64,000 nucleotides of DNA from Lama guanicoe. Taxonomy: Eukaryota. Of this stretch, positions 12,201-25,100 are shown piece after piece. Location of the stretch: positions 8,205,352 to 8,269,351 of the forward strand of contig MU053934.1 in the NCBI GenBank assembly GCA_013239625.1. Direction: 5' to 3'. The notes under the pieces are model-generated. The model was not told where the DNA came from. It saw only the letters and a list, made by a program, of their open reading frames with translations, and made no database searches. The position numbers and the translations under genes were made by a program. Positions within the stretch are counted from its first letter, which is position 1. Each line of letters starts with the position of its first letter.

Positions 12201-14178
12201 AGGGACCTCTTTTCCCACTCACGAAGACAGAGACAGGGAAAGGGGATAACTTGGGGGTCCTTCCTATGAGAGGGGCGCTGGGTTAGGTCCTCCACACACC
12301 CTCTCAGATTCTGTCCCCATAATCTCCTTGCTGGGAGGGGATTATTTGCTCCCCCACCAATGTATACCTGGAAGCTCAGAGAGGTAAAGCCACTCGCCCA
12401 AGGACACACAGCGGGGCAGCCCAAAGCCCGGTGCCAGCCCAGCCCAGGGGACTCCCGGGCTGTAGCATCCAAGCCCCAGGAGGCAGGACAGGATGAGTCA
12501 GTCCCAGAGCTCCTGGCCAGGCCACTTGGCCAGCACCCTCCCGGCACCTTCGAAACAACAGGAAGACCATCCTGGAGGGCGTGGGTGAGTGAGGAGGGGG
12601 TGCCCTTTTGACCCACAGGTAAGTCGTTCTGACGGCAGCTGGAATGTCCCCGCTGGGAGACATTTGCTGCGCCAACAAGCATCTATTCTCAGAAGCAAAT
12701 ATTTGAGCAGTTAAGGCCAGAGTTTTAATGGTAGGGGTGGGGGAGCAGAACCAAGAAGGAAGTTTTCCACAATCCCCCCCGACCCACATGGATGGAGATA
12801 AATTCTTCCTTCTCTCTCCCTCTGGCACTTGATCTGGGAGCTGGGCCTGTGAAGAGCCCCGGGTCTAGATGGTTTTGGGGAGCGTAACAGCCTCGAGCCC
12901 CACCACTGGCTCCCTCCCCGCGATCTCGGTTCTCCAGTTACCCCGCTGCAGCCCGGAGGCGAGGCGCTTACATGGAATTTCTGTCAAGTTGACATCAAGG
13001 AGCATCCTCCTTTCTGGCGGTAACGGTCCCCCAGGACCCCCCAGGCCTTCGTGGAAGCAGCTCCTTGTTAATTGCTCACGCGAGCTGGCATCTTTGTTTA
13101 CACAGCAGCCGCTGCAGTTACTGGGTGTGGGGATTTTAATTAAGATTCCAAACCTGGGAGCTGGGTGGGCAGTGTGGCTCTCCCCTCCCCGGCCAAGCGG
13201 CCGGATGCAAGGGCAGGGTTGTGGGAGCCCCTCCCTGGAAGAGACAGGTTTGAGCGGCCACTTGGTGGTGTGTCCCTGGGAACAGGGGTGCCATGGGGCT
13301 ATGCACCTGCTCTGTGCCAGGCTCCTAACGGGCACCGTCTCAGTCCTCCCGACGCCCCCATTTTCATAGACAAGCAATCGGGCTTGGGAGGAGCGAGTGA
13401 CTTTCTCAAGGTCACAGGGCCGGTGGATCTGCTTGGCTGGATCCAACGCCCTCGCTCTCCCAGCCCACGGAGCTGCATCCTGGGCCCAGAGACAGTGGGT
13501 CTAGATCATCCAGAAGCCTCTCCAGTGATTCTCCCAAAACCTTGTTTGTGGTGTATTTGCCCCAGGGCTGGACACATGGATTTTCCAGGCAAGTGAGAGG
13601 AGGGTCAGGATGGATTTTCTGCCCATCACCAGCCGGCATTCCTCGCGGGCAGGGCTGAGCCTCTCTCTTCTTCCCACCCCAGCACTCGCACGGGCTGTGG
13701 CCCTGCGCTGACTGGATAAGCACTTGCACAATAATGAGTGAATTGAGGGGGCCCGGGCTGCAGCCGCGCAGCAATGCAGACGGCTTCAGAGAAGGAAAAG
13801 CAGGATGGAGCGGGCAGTTTGCAAAGGGACGCCCGAGACGTGTCCTTGAGGACCCACAGCCGGACGTGCGATGGGGGGGTCTGACCAGTCTGCCTGCCTT
13901 CTCGCCTCCCGGCCCCCACCCGCCCCTACTGCTTTCTCTGCACTGGGATGGACCAGGATCAGGAAGGACCAGGTTCTGGAAAGGGTGGGGCTGAGTCTCC
14001 CTCCAGAACCACCCTGCTTCCTGTTCCGGCTACCCCTGCCAGGGCGCCTGCCTCTGAGCGTCACCGGGAGCGCTGGGCCCCAGCTCGCACAAACACCTAA
14101 GGACACGTTTGCTTGTCCCTGAACCCCTGGGGCGGGCAGATCGCTGGCGGTGCCGAGCATCTCTTCATGATCCACGTA

Positions 14179-14550
14179 CAGGGGCGTGCCGGTAAGTACT
14201 CAGCGCCTGGTCCTCCAGGGGCACAGAAGTCCTATCCGTAGCATTTCCGGCCCATTTCCCTGGTGCAAATACTGCCAACATGACGTCACTTAACGCAGCG
14301 CTGGGGAGAGATGGGCAGTCGGCACCATTACGCAGGTTTCCATCACACAGATACAGCAGACGTAAAAACTCGAGAGCAGAGAAAGTGGCCGATGTAGCAA
14401 AACCACTGGGAAGTGAAGAGGTTTATCTATTATCTTTGCGTTTAATACAATTTATTTAATTGGAAGTTACTATTGTTGAATTTTTAGAGTGGCCATGTTT
14501 AACAGCGGGCTCCCAAAATTTAACCACCAGGTCTGTTGAGACAGTGTGAG
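14179..14550 (+). mobile_element. MER63-like hAT-Blackjack DNA transposon fossil
   Basis: It begins 'caggggcgtgccggtaag'. Internal motifs are 'ccaacatgacgtcacttaacgcag...gggagagatg', 'cagatacagcagacgtaaa' and 'tttaatacaatttatttaattg...tgtttaacagcgggctc'. Confidence 0.75.
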
Positions 14551-14603
14551 GTGTCAGATTTATTTATGGATTTGTTTTATGTGTAGCAGAAAAAATGTAA
14601 CTC

Positions 14604-15338
14604 TTTTTTATATTATTATGAAAGTGTAGTTGATTTACAGTGTTGTGTTAGTTTCTGGGGTATAGCAAAGTGATTCCGTTATACATATATATATTCTTTT
14701 TCATATTGTTTTCCATTATGATTTATTACAAGATATTGAATATAGTTCCCTGCACTGTACAGTAGGACCTTGTTGTTTATCTATTCTATCTACAGTAGTT
14801 TGTAGCTGCTGATCTCAAACTTTTAATTTATCCCTCCCACACTTTCCCTCCTGGTAACTATAAGTTTGTTTTCTATGTCTGTGAGTCTGTTTCTGCTTCA
14901 TAAATATGTTCATTTGTGTCCTATTTTAGATTCCACATATAAGTGACATCATATGATGTTTGTCTTTCTCTGTCTGACTTACTTCACTTAGTATAATAAT
15001 CTCTAGGTCCACCCATGTTGCTGCAAATGGCATTATTTCATTCTTTTTTATGGCTGAGTAATATTCCATTGTATAAATATACCACATCTTCTTTATTCAG
15101 TCATCTGTTGACAGACGTTTAGGTTGCTTCCATGCCTTGGCTATTGTAAATAGTGCTGCTGTGAACATTGGGGTGCAGGTGTCTTTCTGAATTAGAGTTT
15201 TCTCCGGATGTATGTCCAGGAGCGGGATTGCTAGATCATATGGCAAGTCTGTTTTTAGTTTTTTAAGGAACCTCCATACTGTTTTCCATGGTGGCTGCAC
15301 CAATTTACATTCCCACCAACAGTGTAGGAGGGTTCCCT
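14604..15338 (-). mobile_element. 5'-truncated LINE-1 (ORF2 C-terminus plus 3' UTR)
   Basis: ORF 15097..15357 gives [40 protein letters not shown]...TCTPMFTAALFTIAK, the L1 ORF2 cysteine-rich C-terminus. It has a T-rich tail and an approximate TSD aaaaatg(t/c)aa on both sides. Confidence 0.93.
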
Positions 15339-16056
15339 GGAAAAATGCAATGCTCAAACCAAAGATATGATTGCTCGCTGCAAGTCTGAGTTCTCTTTAA
15401 AAATGGCTTGACTTAAGGTCAATTAAAAATGTAGTAAGTAAATAGCACAGGGAGGACCACCTCGGAGCCGAAGTCTGGGAAGTAACCGTTGCTTAGGGAG
15501 ATGGCTTCAATCATCATGTCTTTGGGGCACAGAAACTAAGTGGGCATCCCGCAGGAGGGGAAACACAATTAGTTAACAAGCAAAAGGGAAGGCGTTCAAC
15601 CTCACTGCTAATCAAAGAAATGCAAACCACATAGAGGAGGGTGCCCTGTGCTGCAGGGGGGCTGGGAGGTGAGCTGCTGCTGGTGACAGTCCTCTAAGGG
15701 AGGGGCCGGCGCTGGTATACGGAGCTGTGAAACTGTCACTCCGCAGACTCAGTAACTTGCGAGCCTGGAGTCTACCCAGGGGACATCGTTCCAACAAGGG
15801 AAAACCACAAACACTTAGAGGCGCTTGTTACTGCCCCTCATTTTCTAGAGTGTATTCTTCCCCTTGTAATGTTTTCTTGCCACAGGAGAAAACTTGTAAG
15901 CTGTATAAACGCCCTGCTGTAGTGAATGGCCAGTGAGAGGCCGGCATGTGAATCCGGACTACTGGGGAGCTGTACAACGCTATTCAGAAAAATTAAGCAA
16001 AAACCTCAGGATGCTGGCTAACTTAACGTTAAGTGAATATAATTAGAAGAGAAATA

Positions 16057-16890
16057 CAGTCGCCCCCGTAACCATGGGGACTCTGTTCCAAGACCCCCAG
16101 CGCATCCTTGAAACCGCAGAGAGAACCGAACCCCATGTATACTACATTTTTTCCTATACTTACGTACCTATAATAAAGTTTAATTTATAAATTAGGCACA
16201 ATAAGAGTTCAACAACGATAACTAATAATAAAATAGAACAATTATAACAGTCCACCGGAATAAAAGTTATGTGAATGTGGCCTCTCTCTCCTCTTGCTCA
16301 GAACATCTTATTACACAAATGTAACGCCTTTTCCGTCTTAATTAAACAGGTAGCACGCACTGCGGCTGCTACTTTCGCGGTTTGAGGTGCGACAGCAAAA
16401 CCGGCACAAATTTCTTTTTCCTTCTTCACAATTTCATGGGTACAAGGTTTGCTCTTACTGTAGATCTTAGCAAGCTCGGCATATGATTTTTTTTCTTTCC
16501 TTATTAAGTTGAGAACACTCATCCTTTCACTAAAGGAGGCACTCTGTGGCTTTCCCTGGGCACAGATGACTTGCCAGCATCGCTGCTGTCGCTCTGCGTG
16601 GCCATGGCTAGGTAGGTAAGGGTCACGTCAGCGCAAGCACTGCGACACCACGATGGTTGATCTGATCACCGAGACGGCGGCTACCAAGGACTGATGGGCA
16701 GGACACGCTGGCCAGAGAAGTGAGTCCCGCCCCGGGCGTGAGGTTTCATCATGCTACTCCAAATGGTGTGCAGCTGAGAGCTTAAGAATTGGTGATTTCT
16801 GGAATTGTCCATTTAATATTTTCAAACAGTGGTTGACTGCAGGCAACTGAACCCGGGTAAAGTGAAGCGTCGGGTAAGGGGGGACCAATG
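16057..16890 (-). mobile_element. Tigger2-family (TcMar-Tigger) internally deleted DNA transposon
   Basis: The left end is TA|cagtcgccccc and the right end is ggggggaccaatg (degenerate TIRs). ORF 16298..16522 (VLNLIRKEKKSYAELAKIY...EIVKKEKEICAGFAVAPQTAKV) resembles the Tigger2 transposase N-terminal HTH. Confidence 0.85.
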
Positions 16891-17029
16891 CCCCTACATC
16901 ATTATTGGAAGGGTGCAAACGTGGACACACAGAAAACAGAAAATGCAAAGCCCCTGTGGTCCTGGTCCTGTGGCTTTTCCCCTCTGCTTTTACTCTGGCA
17001 CGAACACGCCCCTCACTGTAATTAGCGCT

Positions 17030-17200
17030 CACTGAGGCACCTGTCACAGGCTGGGCTCTGTGCTGATCCCTGCAGTCAGCATGCAAGGTCCGTCTAGTGG
17101 GTCCATTTTACTCATGGGAGAACTGAGGCTCAGAGACGTTCAATAACTTGCCTGAGGTTCCCGCTAGCAAGTGGAGGCACAGTCTGAACCCGACTCTGAC
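17030..17200. mobile_element. MIR SINE. This is one representative; similar MIR cores occur near 5640, 8480, 20390, 22590, 22980, 24580, 31400, 41060, 45590, 48790, 53020, 57980 and 62560.
   Basis: MIR core 'ccattttac...gagaactgaggctcagagacgttcaataacttgcctgaggt'. Confidence 0.75.
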
Positions 17201-18049
17201 TCCGAGACCATGCGGCTCACCTCTCTGCAAGCTTACTGGAGCTCGGTGGTGAGAGTTTGGAGGCAGCATTTAATATAAACCCGTCTGCGCCGTCTTTACT
17301 TCTGTGCTGCTGGGTCCTTCTCTGAGGGGCAAGGTTTCCAGAGGAAGGAGGCAGGTGGGGAGCGGTGGGGTGGATGGATGGGGACCCCTGGCTGCCTCAG
17401 CCCCTCCTTGGGTCTCCAGAAAGATCCAGGGGGCCGGGAAAGACCATCCTAGATGGCGCAAGGGAAAGGATAAAGACCCAGAAAGCTAATGAAGCAAAAC
17501 CAACCACGCAGCGCAACCACACGCACGTGGCAGTTGTCGATGGAGCTGGTGCAGGGTCTGAGGCCACACGGTCTCTGCTCAATACTGGGTCCAGTTCAGA
17601 GAGGGCTTGGTGGGCCAGTGCCTGGAGCCCCAGACCTCACACCCTTTAGAGTGTCCCTGGGGTCCTGCCCCAGGGTGGGTAAGACCTGACCTGCACCGGG
17701 AGCCCATCGTCGGGTCCAGCGCCGAGCCGGATGCTTTGGCTACCATCTCAGCATGTAGCTCTCACAGTGGGAGAAGTACAGGTAGAGACGCCGCCTCCCA
17801 TTCCACGGATGTGGGCTTCAGAGTCAGCTGGACCTGGGTGTGAATTCCAGCTCAGTGGCTGTGCAGCTCTGGGGAGTTGCTAACCCTCCCTGAGTCTCAG
17901 TTTCCTTCTCCATGCAGGGAGCTCTGAATGGCCAAGCTGCTGTGCTGCGGGGGGTGTGGAATGGCACTGTCTGTGCAGCTGCTTGGCTCATTAGTTCCTC
18001 AGTAAACAGGCGCTCCTGTTGTTAACAATTATAATCCAGTTCATCCATT

Positions 18050-19120
18050 GGTCTGACACTTACTAGATGCCTACTCTGTGCCAGGCACCAGACAGATGAA
18101 GATGCTTTCAGTCAACACCTGCTTACTGAGCACCCACTAACAGCGCTGGGGGCACGGATGTGCACAAGACAGACCAGTCCCAACTCTCTCTTGGGATTCC
18201 TTACAGCAGAGGAGACAGACAGTAGACCAGAAACCAAACACAACAGAGGTGGTGAGCCCCATGCAGAAACCAAAAAGGAAAAGAGGGAGTAGAGAGGGCT
18301 GGTGGGCCAAGGGACTGTTGCTATTTTGTAAACCTTGGTCTCGGAAGGCCTCTTGGAGCAGGTGACATCTGAGCAGGTGTCTGGTGGAGGGGAGGGAGCC
18401 AGCCGTGCTGGTATCTGGGAGGAGAGCAGTTCAGGCAGAGGGAGTGGCAGGTGCAAAGGCCCTGAGGCAGGGGTGAGCTTGGCAAGCTCCAGGAACCGCA
18501 GGGAGGCCAGTGCGGTTGGAGCAAGCGGGGGAGATGAGGACAGAGGGACTGGGGAGGGGTATCGAATCAGGTTGTGGACCAGTGAAAGAATTTGGATTCG
18601 TCCCCTAGTGAGAAAGATATTGGTGGGGTTTGACTTATGTTTTAAAAGGATCACTTTGCTGCTGTGTATGTTTCAGGGGATGAGAGGCAAACGACAGAAG
18701 TAGGGAGAGATTCAGGAGACTTTGTCTCCACCCTGGTGAGAAGATGGACTGGAATGGTTGGTCTCAGTAGAGGGGTGTGGATGGAGGATTCTGGGTTCAC
18801 TTTCTGGGTATCGCTGGCAGGATGTGTGAAGTGGGAGAGGGTGGGGGTCAGGTTGGCTCCAAGGTACTGTCCTGAGGAGGTGGCGGGAGGGGCTGGGGTC
18901 CCTGGACGGGCTGGTCTGCCCTGTCCACTGAACACTCAGCAACACTGCTGGAGGCAGACCCGGGAGTCGGGGCAGGTGGTCTAGATGGGAACTGTGGGGC
19001 TGGGTGGGGTTCTCAGGTGCGGGTTGAGACAGGAAGAAGAGGTTCAAGGAAGGGCCCTCCAGTGTCTGAGGATGGGGAGGTGAGGAGGGAGCAGTGAAGT
19101 GGGTGGAGAAGGGGTGGCCA
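18050..19120 (-). mobile_element. LINE-2 fragment(s), antisense
   Basis: Motifs 'tgcctactctgtgccaggcac', 'ggaaggcctcttggagcaggtgacatctgagcag', 'aggtgcaaaggccctgaggcagg' and 'tgacttatgttttaaaaggatcactttgctgctg'. Confidence 0.75.
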
Positions 19121-22009
19121 CTGAGAGGCTGGGAGCCACCAGGGAGAGGGGCACCCAGGACCTGGGGTTCCTGGGGGCTCCCCGCTTTTCCTCAGCCTTT
19201 TCCCTCCTCTGAGACTTTGCCGAGTTGCTCTCACTGCCTGGATTGCCCTTCCCCCCTGTCAGAAACCCCCACTTAGCCAGTGAAACCCTTTCTGGTGTTG
19301 GTCACCCTCTGGCCAGCTGGCACTCAGCTGAGAGGGCTGTGGGCCGAGGGGACAGCCGGCAGCTGTCTTCAACATTGCAGAAAGCCTGCCGTACCCTGAC
19401 ACGAAGCCGGGGAGAGATGGAAAACATTTGCATAGCAGTTTCTCCTCTTCCCACATCTTGGTTAGCCAGACAGCACCCCCTGAGTCCAACTGCATCGCCC
19501 TGCTTTCCCGGGAAAGGCAGTTGAGCTGAATCGCCTGCTAGAGGTCCTCTGGTGATTAGGAAACGGGGGAGCAAGACTTGAACACAGGTCTGTCCCTAAC
19601 CAGTCCGCTTCCTGCCTATAAAGACGCAGAGCTCCGTGTGGGCGGAGCCGTTCGGACCCAGGCAGCCGGCTTCTCAGGGAGGAGCGCTCCATTACCGGGC
19701 GGCGCTCGCCTGGGCCAGGATGCGGAGGGCGTGTCAATGCCAGCAACTGGAAACCCTCTCATCCTGGGGGCCCAGGGGCCTGGGCATGAGCTGGAGTGAT
19801 GCTCTGAGAAGAGGATGAGAGGCTTTGCAGGGTGGGAGGTCAGGAGCCCCCAGCTGGCTCGAGATCCGGAATTGGGTCATGGAGTTCCGGACCATCATCT
19901 CTCAATGGTCAGTGAATGCAGCCATTAGAGCAGTGCTTATGAAAACGTCTCAGTAACGCAGGTGGCTCTCCATGACATAATGTTGAATTAAAAACCCAAG
20001 ACACATAATCTTCTGTGCGAAGGCAACAACTATAATGTGAGCAAGGCGCTGACGACAAGAGACGGTTGGAGGGGATGATGGGCCGCATTTGATGCTGAGG
20101 CCGTTCCGTCCCCTCTTTGCATGTTCTCCGGTGAGCATGGCAATTTGATGATGGAAAATTCTGCATGAAAAGAAAGGAAATGGGACTGCTGCTTGGTGGA
20201 GGGCTGAGGTGGAGGAAGTAGCTAAAGCAGGGAAATAATACCTGAGACCAGCAGTGAGGACCCTGTGCTCTGGCTCTGGGCGGCCCCGCCTCTCATGTGT
20301 CTCATCACCCCTCCCAGCGCTGGAGAAGACTGCCTGGGTTCCAATGCTGAGTCTGCGGGTGACCAGCTGGGTGACTTTGGCCCAGTTACCTAACGTCTCT
20401 GTGCCTTGGTTTCCTTGTCTGTAAAATGAGATTCGTCAAATAAGTGCCTGAGAGCTGGGAGAGAGGCACTGAACCACGCAGACCCTCAATCTTACATTCT
20501 GGCAGGGATGGGGCAGGAACACAGGGCATCCTATCTGAGTGCGTGCCAGGGCCGCCCCTGGGCTCAAGGGTTGCTGTTGTCTTAAATTCACCCGACAGCA
20601 CCAAACCCAGGTGTTCTCTTTTGGGCCAAGCCCCCTGCTCTTCTCCACTGAGAAGTTTGGCTCTGAGCATCCCTGGGGTAAGGAGGGACGGGTCAGCTGG
20701 TGAGGGGTGAGAGGGTGTTCCCCGGGAATGGGATCAACGTTCCTTGAAGCCTCACTGTGTGCTCAGCCCTGGGCTGGGTCCTTTCGTGTGCCCTCCTTCA
20801 CTTCTCATCACTATTGTCCAGAGGAGGTACTGAGACTCAGAGAGGGCCAGTAACTCATCCGAGGACACACAGCAGCTGAGGCCCCTGGTCTGGGCCTTTC
20901 TGTCATCCCCCATCCCTCATGGTACTCCTTGGTAGTGGGACAGCACTAATGGACAAATATCCTCCTGCGTTTTTGCCAAAGCCATTTGCACAAGATGAAA
21001 ACAGGGAGAGCAGGTGGGGGCTGGCGGGGGTGCCTTCCCGTGTAGGCAAGCCCAGGTGAGAGGAAGCTAGGACCCAGCCGGGGAAGACACGGGCCAGGGT
21101 GTCCTGATCCTGCTGGAAGCCCCGAGCACTCGAAACTCCAGCCCCTGTTGGAACATTCACTGTCTTCTGAATCCCAATCAAGGAGGCCTCCTTGGTATTT
21201 GATGTGATGCCAAGGAAAGACGATCTCTGGTCCTCTCCCTTTGTCTCCTAATTTTCTGGAATTTCTCGCTGTTGGCTGGTGTCCTCCCTGCAGAAACCAC
21301 ACACCAGAGACTCTGGCCGCAGAGCCAGGAAAAAAAGTGACATCTGAGCTCTATGAGGGGGAAGGCTCTGGGGTTGGGTGAACTCCAGGGACCCCACAGG
21401 GAAGGCACGGATGAGTTCCGCCAGGGGCTAGAGGGGATTCTAGGTGAGGGAGGGAGGAGATGGGAGGGTGATGGGCTGAGAGGGGAGCCCCTGAATGTCG
21501 GCAAAGAGGGTCTGCTCCTCCCTTAGACCACACAAAATCTTCAGACGTCACATGATTTCAAGGGTCACCATGGCCTTTTCTCATGCTGCTCCCTCTGAAG
21601 TGACTTTGCCATTGTGTTCCAACCAGGTGACCTCCCCTCACCTCTGCAGGCCTGGCTCAATGTCACCTCCTCCTCCAGGAAGCATGCGTGGACTCCTCCC
21701 TCCCCTGCAGCTCACTGTGGGCTCTCCTGGGTCCTCTGGGCACTTGGTGTCACTGTGCTTGTTCTCCTGAGTGATGTGACACTTCCTGTGCAGACTCAAG
21801 CCCCTCCCTGACCGGGGCTTTCTTGGCCGGGCGGGTGGACCAAGGAGAGCTGCTCCTCTCCTGCCCAGGGGGCCAGGAAATTCAGCATCTGCCCTGGACT
21901 CCAGAGCCAGCCCCCACCCCCCGGGCTCCTTCTGCCAATCTGGGCCCTGAAGTCATGCAGCCCACCTTGCAGAGACACTCCCAGGTCTAACGGCCATGTC
22001 TCTGTCCTC

Positions 22010-22150
22010 TATTTAAGGGATGGTCCCCAGACTGGAGGCATCAGTGCCTCCCAGGAGCTTATTTATACAGGCAGAATCCCAGGCCCACCCCAGACTATGC
22101 ACATCAGAATTTAACAAGACCCCGGAGGGCTGAATCCCCATGAAAGTTTA
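22010..22150. mobile_element. MER5-like hAT-Charlie fragment
   Basis: 'gcagaatcccaggcccaccccagact...atcagaatttaacaagacccc'. Confidence 0.55.
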
Positions 22151-25100
22151 TTAAAGAGATACACAAAATATCCCTCTCCCAGGCCGAGTCAGTTTTCCCT
22201 TGGGCCGGCTTGGGGGCTGGGCAACCTCCTCTCTCTCCTCTAGTCACCACTCGATCCCTCACCCGCAACCCAGGCCTCCAGACCGGATCAGGGTCCCTGA
22301 CCTCAGGGAAGGTTTTGAGGGACGAATAGGAGTCTCCTAGGGAGATGTGGAAGAAGAGCATTCTGGGAAGAGAAATGTATGCAAAAGCAGAGAGGTGTGA
22401 ATTGGTAAGAGTTAGGGGGGTGGAACCAGGCTTCCAGTGGAAGATGTGAGGCAGGGATGAGGTGGGAGGAGGCTCTGAAGTTGACAGGGGCTGCTGCAGT
22501 TGGCTCAGGGTCAGACTTGGTTCTGGGAGACTTTGGACCAGTGAGATCCTGGCTCAAGCCCATGAACTTACTGTGCAGCTTTGGGCAAGTCACTTAGCCT
22601 CTCTGGGCCTGAGTTTGGTTATCTGTAAAAGGGATGATAGAGCTGTGGAGCTCAGTCCCCAGGATGGGAGTTACAAGGGCCAGCGGGAACAACAATGGGG
22701 CGTGTCTAGACAGTAAGCATAACCATGGGTTCCAGCACTCAGCTGGCTCCATGCATCTTAGAGGGAGGTGAGCAGCAGCCTGAGGCTTCAGAGAAAGGGA
22801 GGTGGGCTGGGGACGGCCTGGGGGGGCCGAGCTAGGAGCGGAAACCCTCCTAGGGAAGGGGAGGTGGGGTGAATCAGGGGGAAGAGGCAGGGACAATGGG
22901 GGAGGGGCTGGGGTCCTCGGAGGGCAGCTGGAACCACGTCTGGTCCTCACGATCTCACTGTGAGGTAAGGCTGAGACTGTCCCCATTTTACGGATGAGGA
23001 ATCCAAGGCTCAGATAGGTCTTGAGGAGCCAAAACGGGATTCAAAGCCAGGGGTGCCTGACCGCGAGCCCCTGCTTGCTCCCCTGGGCCGGCAATAGTGA
23101 CAATGATGCACGGGAGCACGGCCACATGGCAGCAGGGGTGACACTGCATCTCGGGGACCCTTCCCCGCAGCTGCAGTGTGGAGCCTGGGTGGCACCGCAG
23201 TGCCCCAGGCCTCCCCTCCTTTTCTCCTTTAGCCCCACTTCACCCCGCGGTGCACAGCCTGACCGTTACGGGCATGTGGCTCTGCTGCTGCCACGTCAAG
23301 CAAATGGCATTTGCTGAGTACCTACTATGTGCCCTGAACACCAGAGACAAAGCCTCTGCGGCGGGCGTGGCCCTGGCTCCAGGGAGGCGGGAGGTGGACC
23401 CGAGCAGGGGCAGATGGAAAGTCAGGTGGAGCTGGGCTTGGGCGCAGGGAGAGCAGGAGCTCAGACTGGAGTGTCGGAGTGTCCGCTGGATGCAAGTGTG
23501 AATGTGGGGAGGGAGGGAGAAATGGAGGGGAGGGAGATGGAGGGAGAGGTAAAGGGAGGGCGGCAGGAAGGAGGTGCGCACAGCCGCGATCTGCCTTCCT
23601 GCCGCCTGTGAGCCTTCGAGTGTGCAAGGAGGGCCGAGGTGAGAAGTTCCCCAGGTTTGGGAGAAAGACTGCGTCAGGTGCACAGAGGAGACATTACGAG
23701 TAACGAAGCAGGGCAGCGTGTCACCACTTTTCAGAAGGAAATGAGCCAGGGCAGCAGGGGCGCCAGACTGAGCCCCTGGGATTCTAGCGGAAAACTGTGC
23801 AGTCCAAGGGCATTATGTCCTAAACGAAGGGAAAGCCAGCTTCTCCGCAAGATGAACTGAAGGCGGCTGCACTTCAGCCCTCGGACCCCAAGCCCCTGGA
23901 TCCAGGCCGGGTCCGTAACTCAGGCGCTGTGAGTTTGGAGGCGGTGATGCGGTGATGCGGTGTGGGCCCGGCTCCGCTGGGCAAGGAGACGGCATTTTTG
24001 GTGATGGAGGTGGAAAGAGCGGGCATCTGCAGGGGCCACAGCAGCAGGCACTGCTCTGAGTTACGGCGCCACGGATGCACAGCCTCCGATACTGCTTTGT
24101 AAGCGGCAGCAGGGGGCTGCGTCTGCCCACGCGCCCCGGAGGAGTTCCTGACCAAGAAGCTCCTCCCTCCTCCCATGGACTTGGCCACGTCTCCAGTGGC
24201 TCTGCGAACCCCCCCCCCCGCAGAGAGGCCAATGGCCCTGGGGTGGGGCCCTGCCTCCATCTCCCTCTTGTGGGTTGACCTGGGCAAGACGGTGAACTCC
24301 CCCAAGCCCCCCAGTTTCCACATCTGAAAACGGGGCTCAACACTTCTACCCCACAGGGCCGGTGGAGACTAGACGAGCAGCACGTGGCTGCCCTGCGCCG
24401 GCCCAGGTGACTGCTGCCTCCGCCCTCCCTGTCTGTCTTGGGGGGGGCCCTCTACCACGTTTATTTACCCGAGTGCGAGATGACCTCAAGGATCGCCAAC
24501 ACGTGGGGACCAGCCACCAGGCCAAGCCCTTCACCAGGATCAACCCACTGAATTCTCAGGGTGCTTATGATCCCCGGTATTTACATGGGGAAACTGAGGC
24601 ATGGGGCGGAGGGAATACATGCCGGAGGTCACGGAGCCTGCAAGTGACACAGGTGGGCCTTGAACCTGAGCCATCTGACTCCCGCCCCAAACAGATGTGC
24701 TGCTTCCAATAATGCTGATGGTGACAATGACACTAAAAATCATCCACTCAAGAAGGGCAATGGCTTTATGACTGCACTGGGGCAACCCCACTGACGGAGC
24801 CAGTGACAGGTGCCTAGTAACAGTCGGCGCTCAGCAACGGCTCCTTCCTTCTCCCTCCCGTCCTCTGACCTTGTTCCTCCTTGATAGGGTTCTGCGTGTC
24901 TGCAGGGCCCTGCCTGGTGCCTGACCCCACACAGGACCAGGCTGAGGGCAACGAGGGTGAGGCCAGTCCACTGCCGGGCCTCCCGGCCCAGCATTTGCTC
25001 CCGGCCGGCCGCAGGCCCTCCCTGCAGCACCCTGGGGCCTCCCCTCGGGGTGACTATGAGAAGCCTCCTGCCTCAGTCTCCCCTGGAGGGCTCCAGGGCT

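Noticed and set aside
11684..12682. Longest ORF in the track (332 aa, minus strand)
   Set aside because: It has no recognisable domain, a composition typical of GC-rich non-coding DNA, and it runs through a MIR fragment (CPWASGFTSLSFQ).
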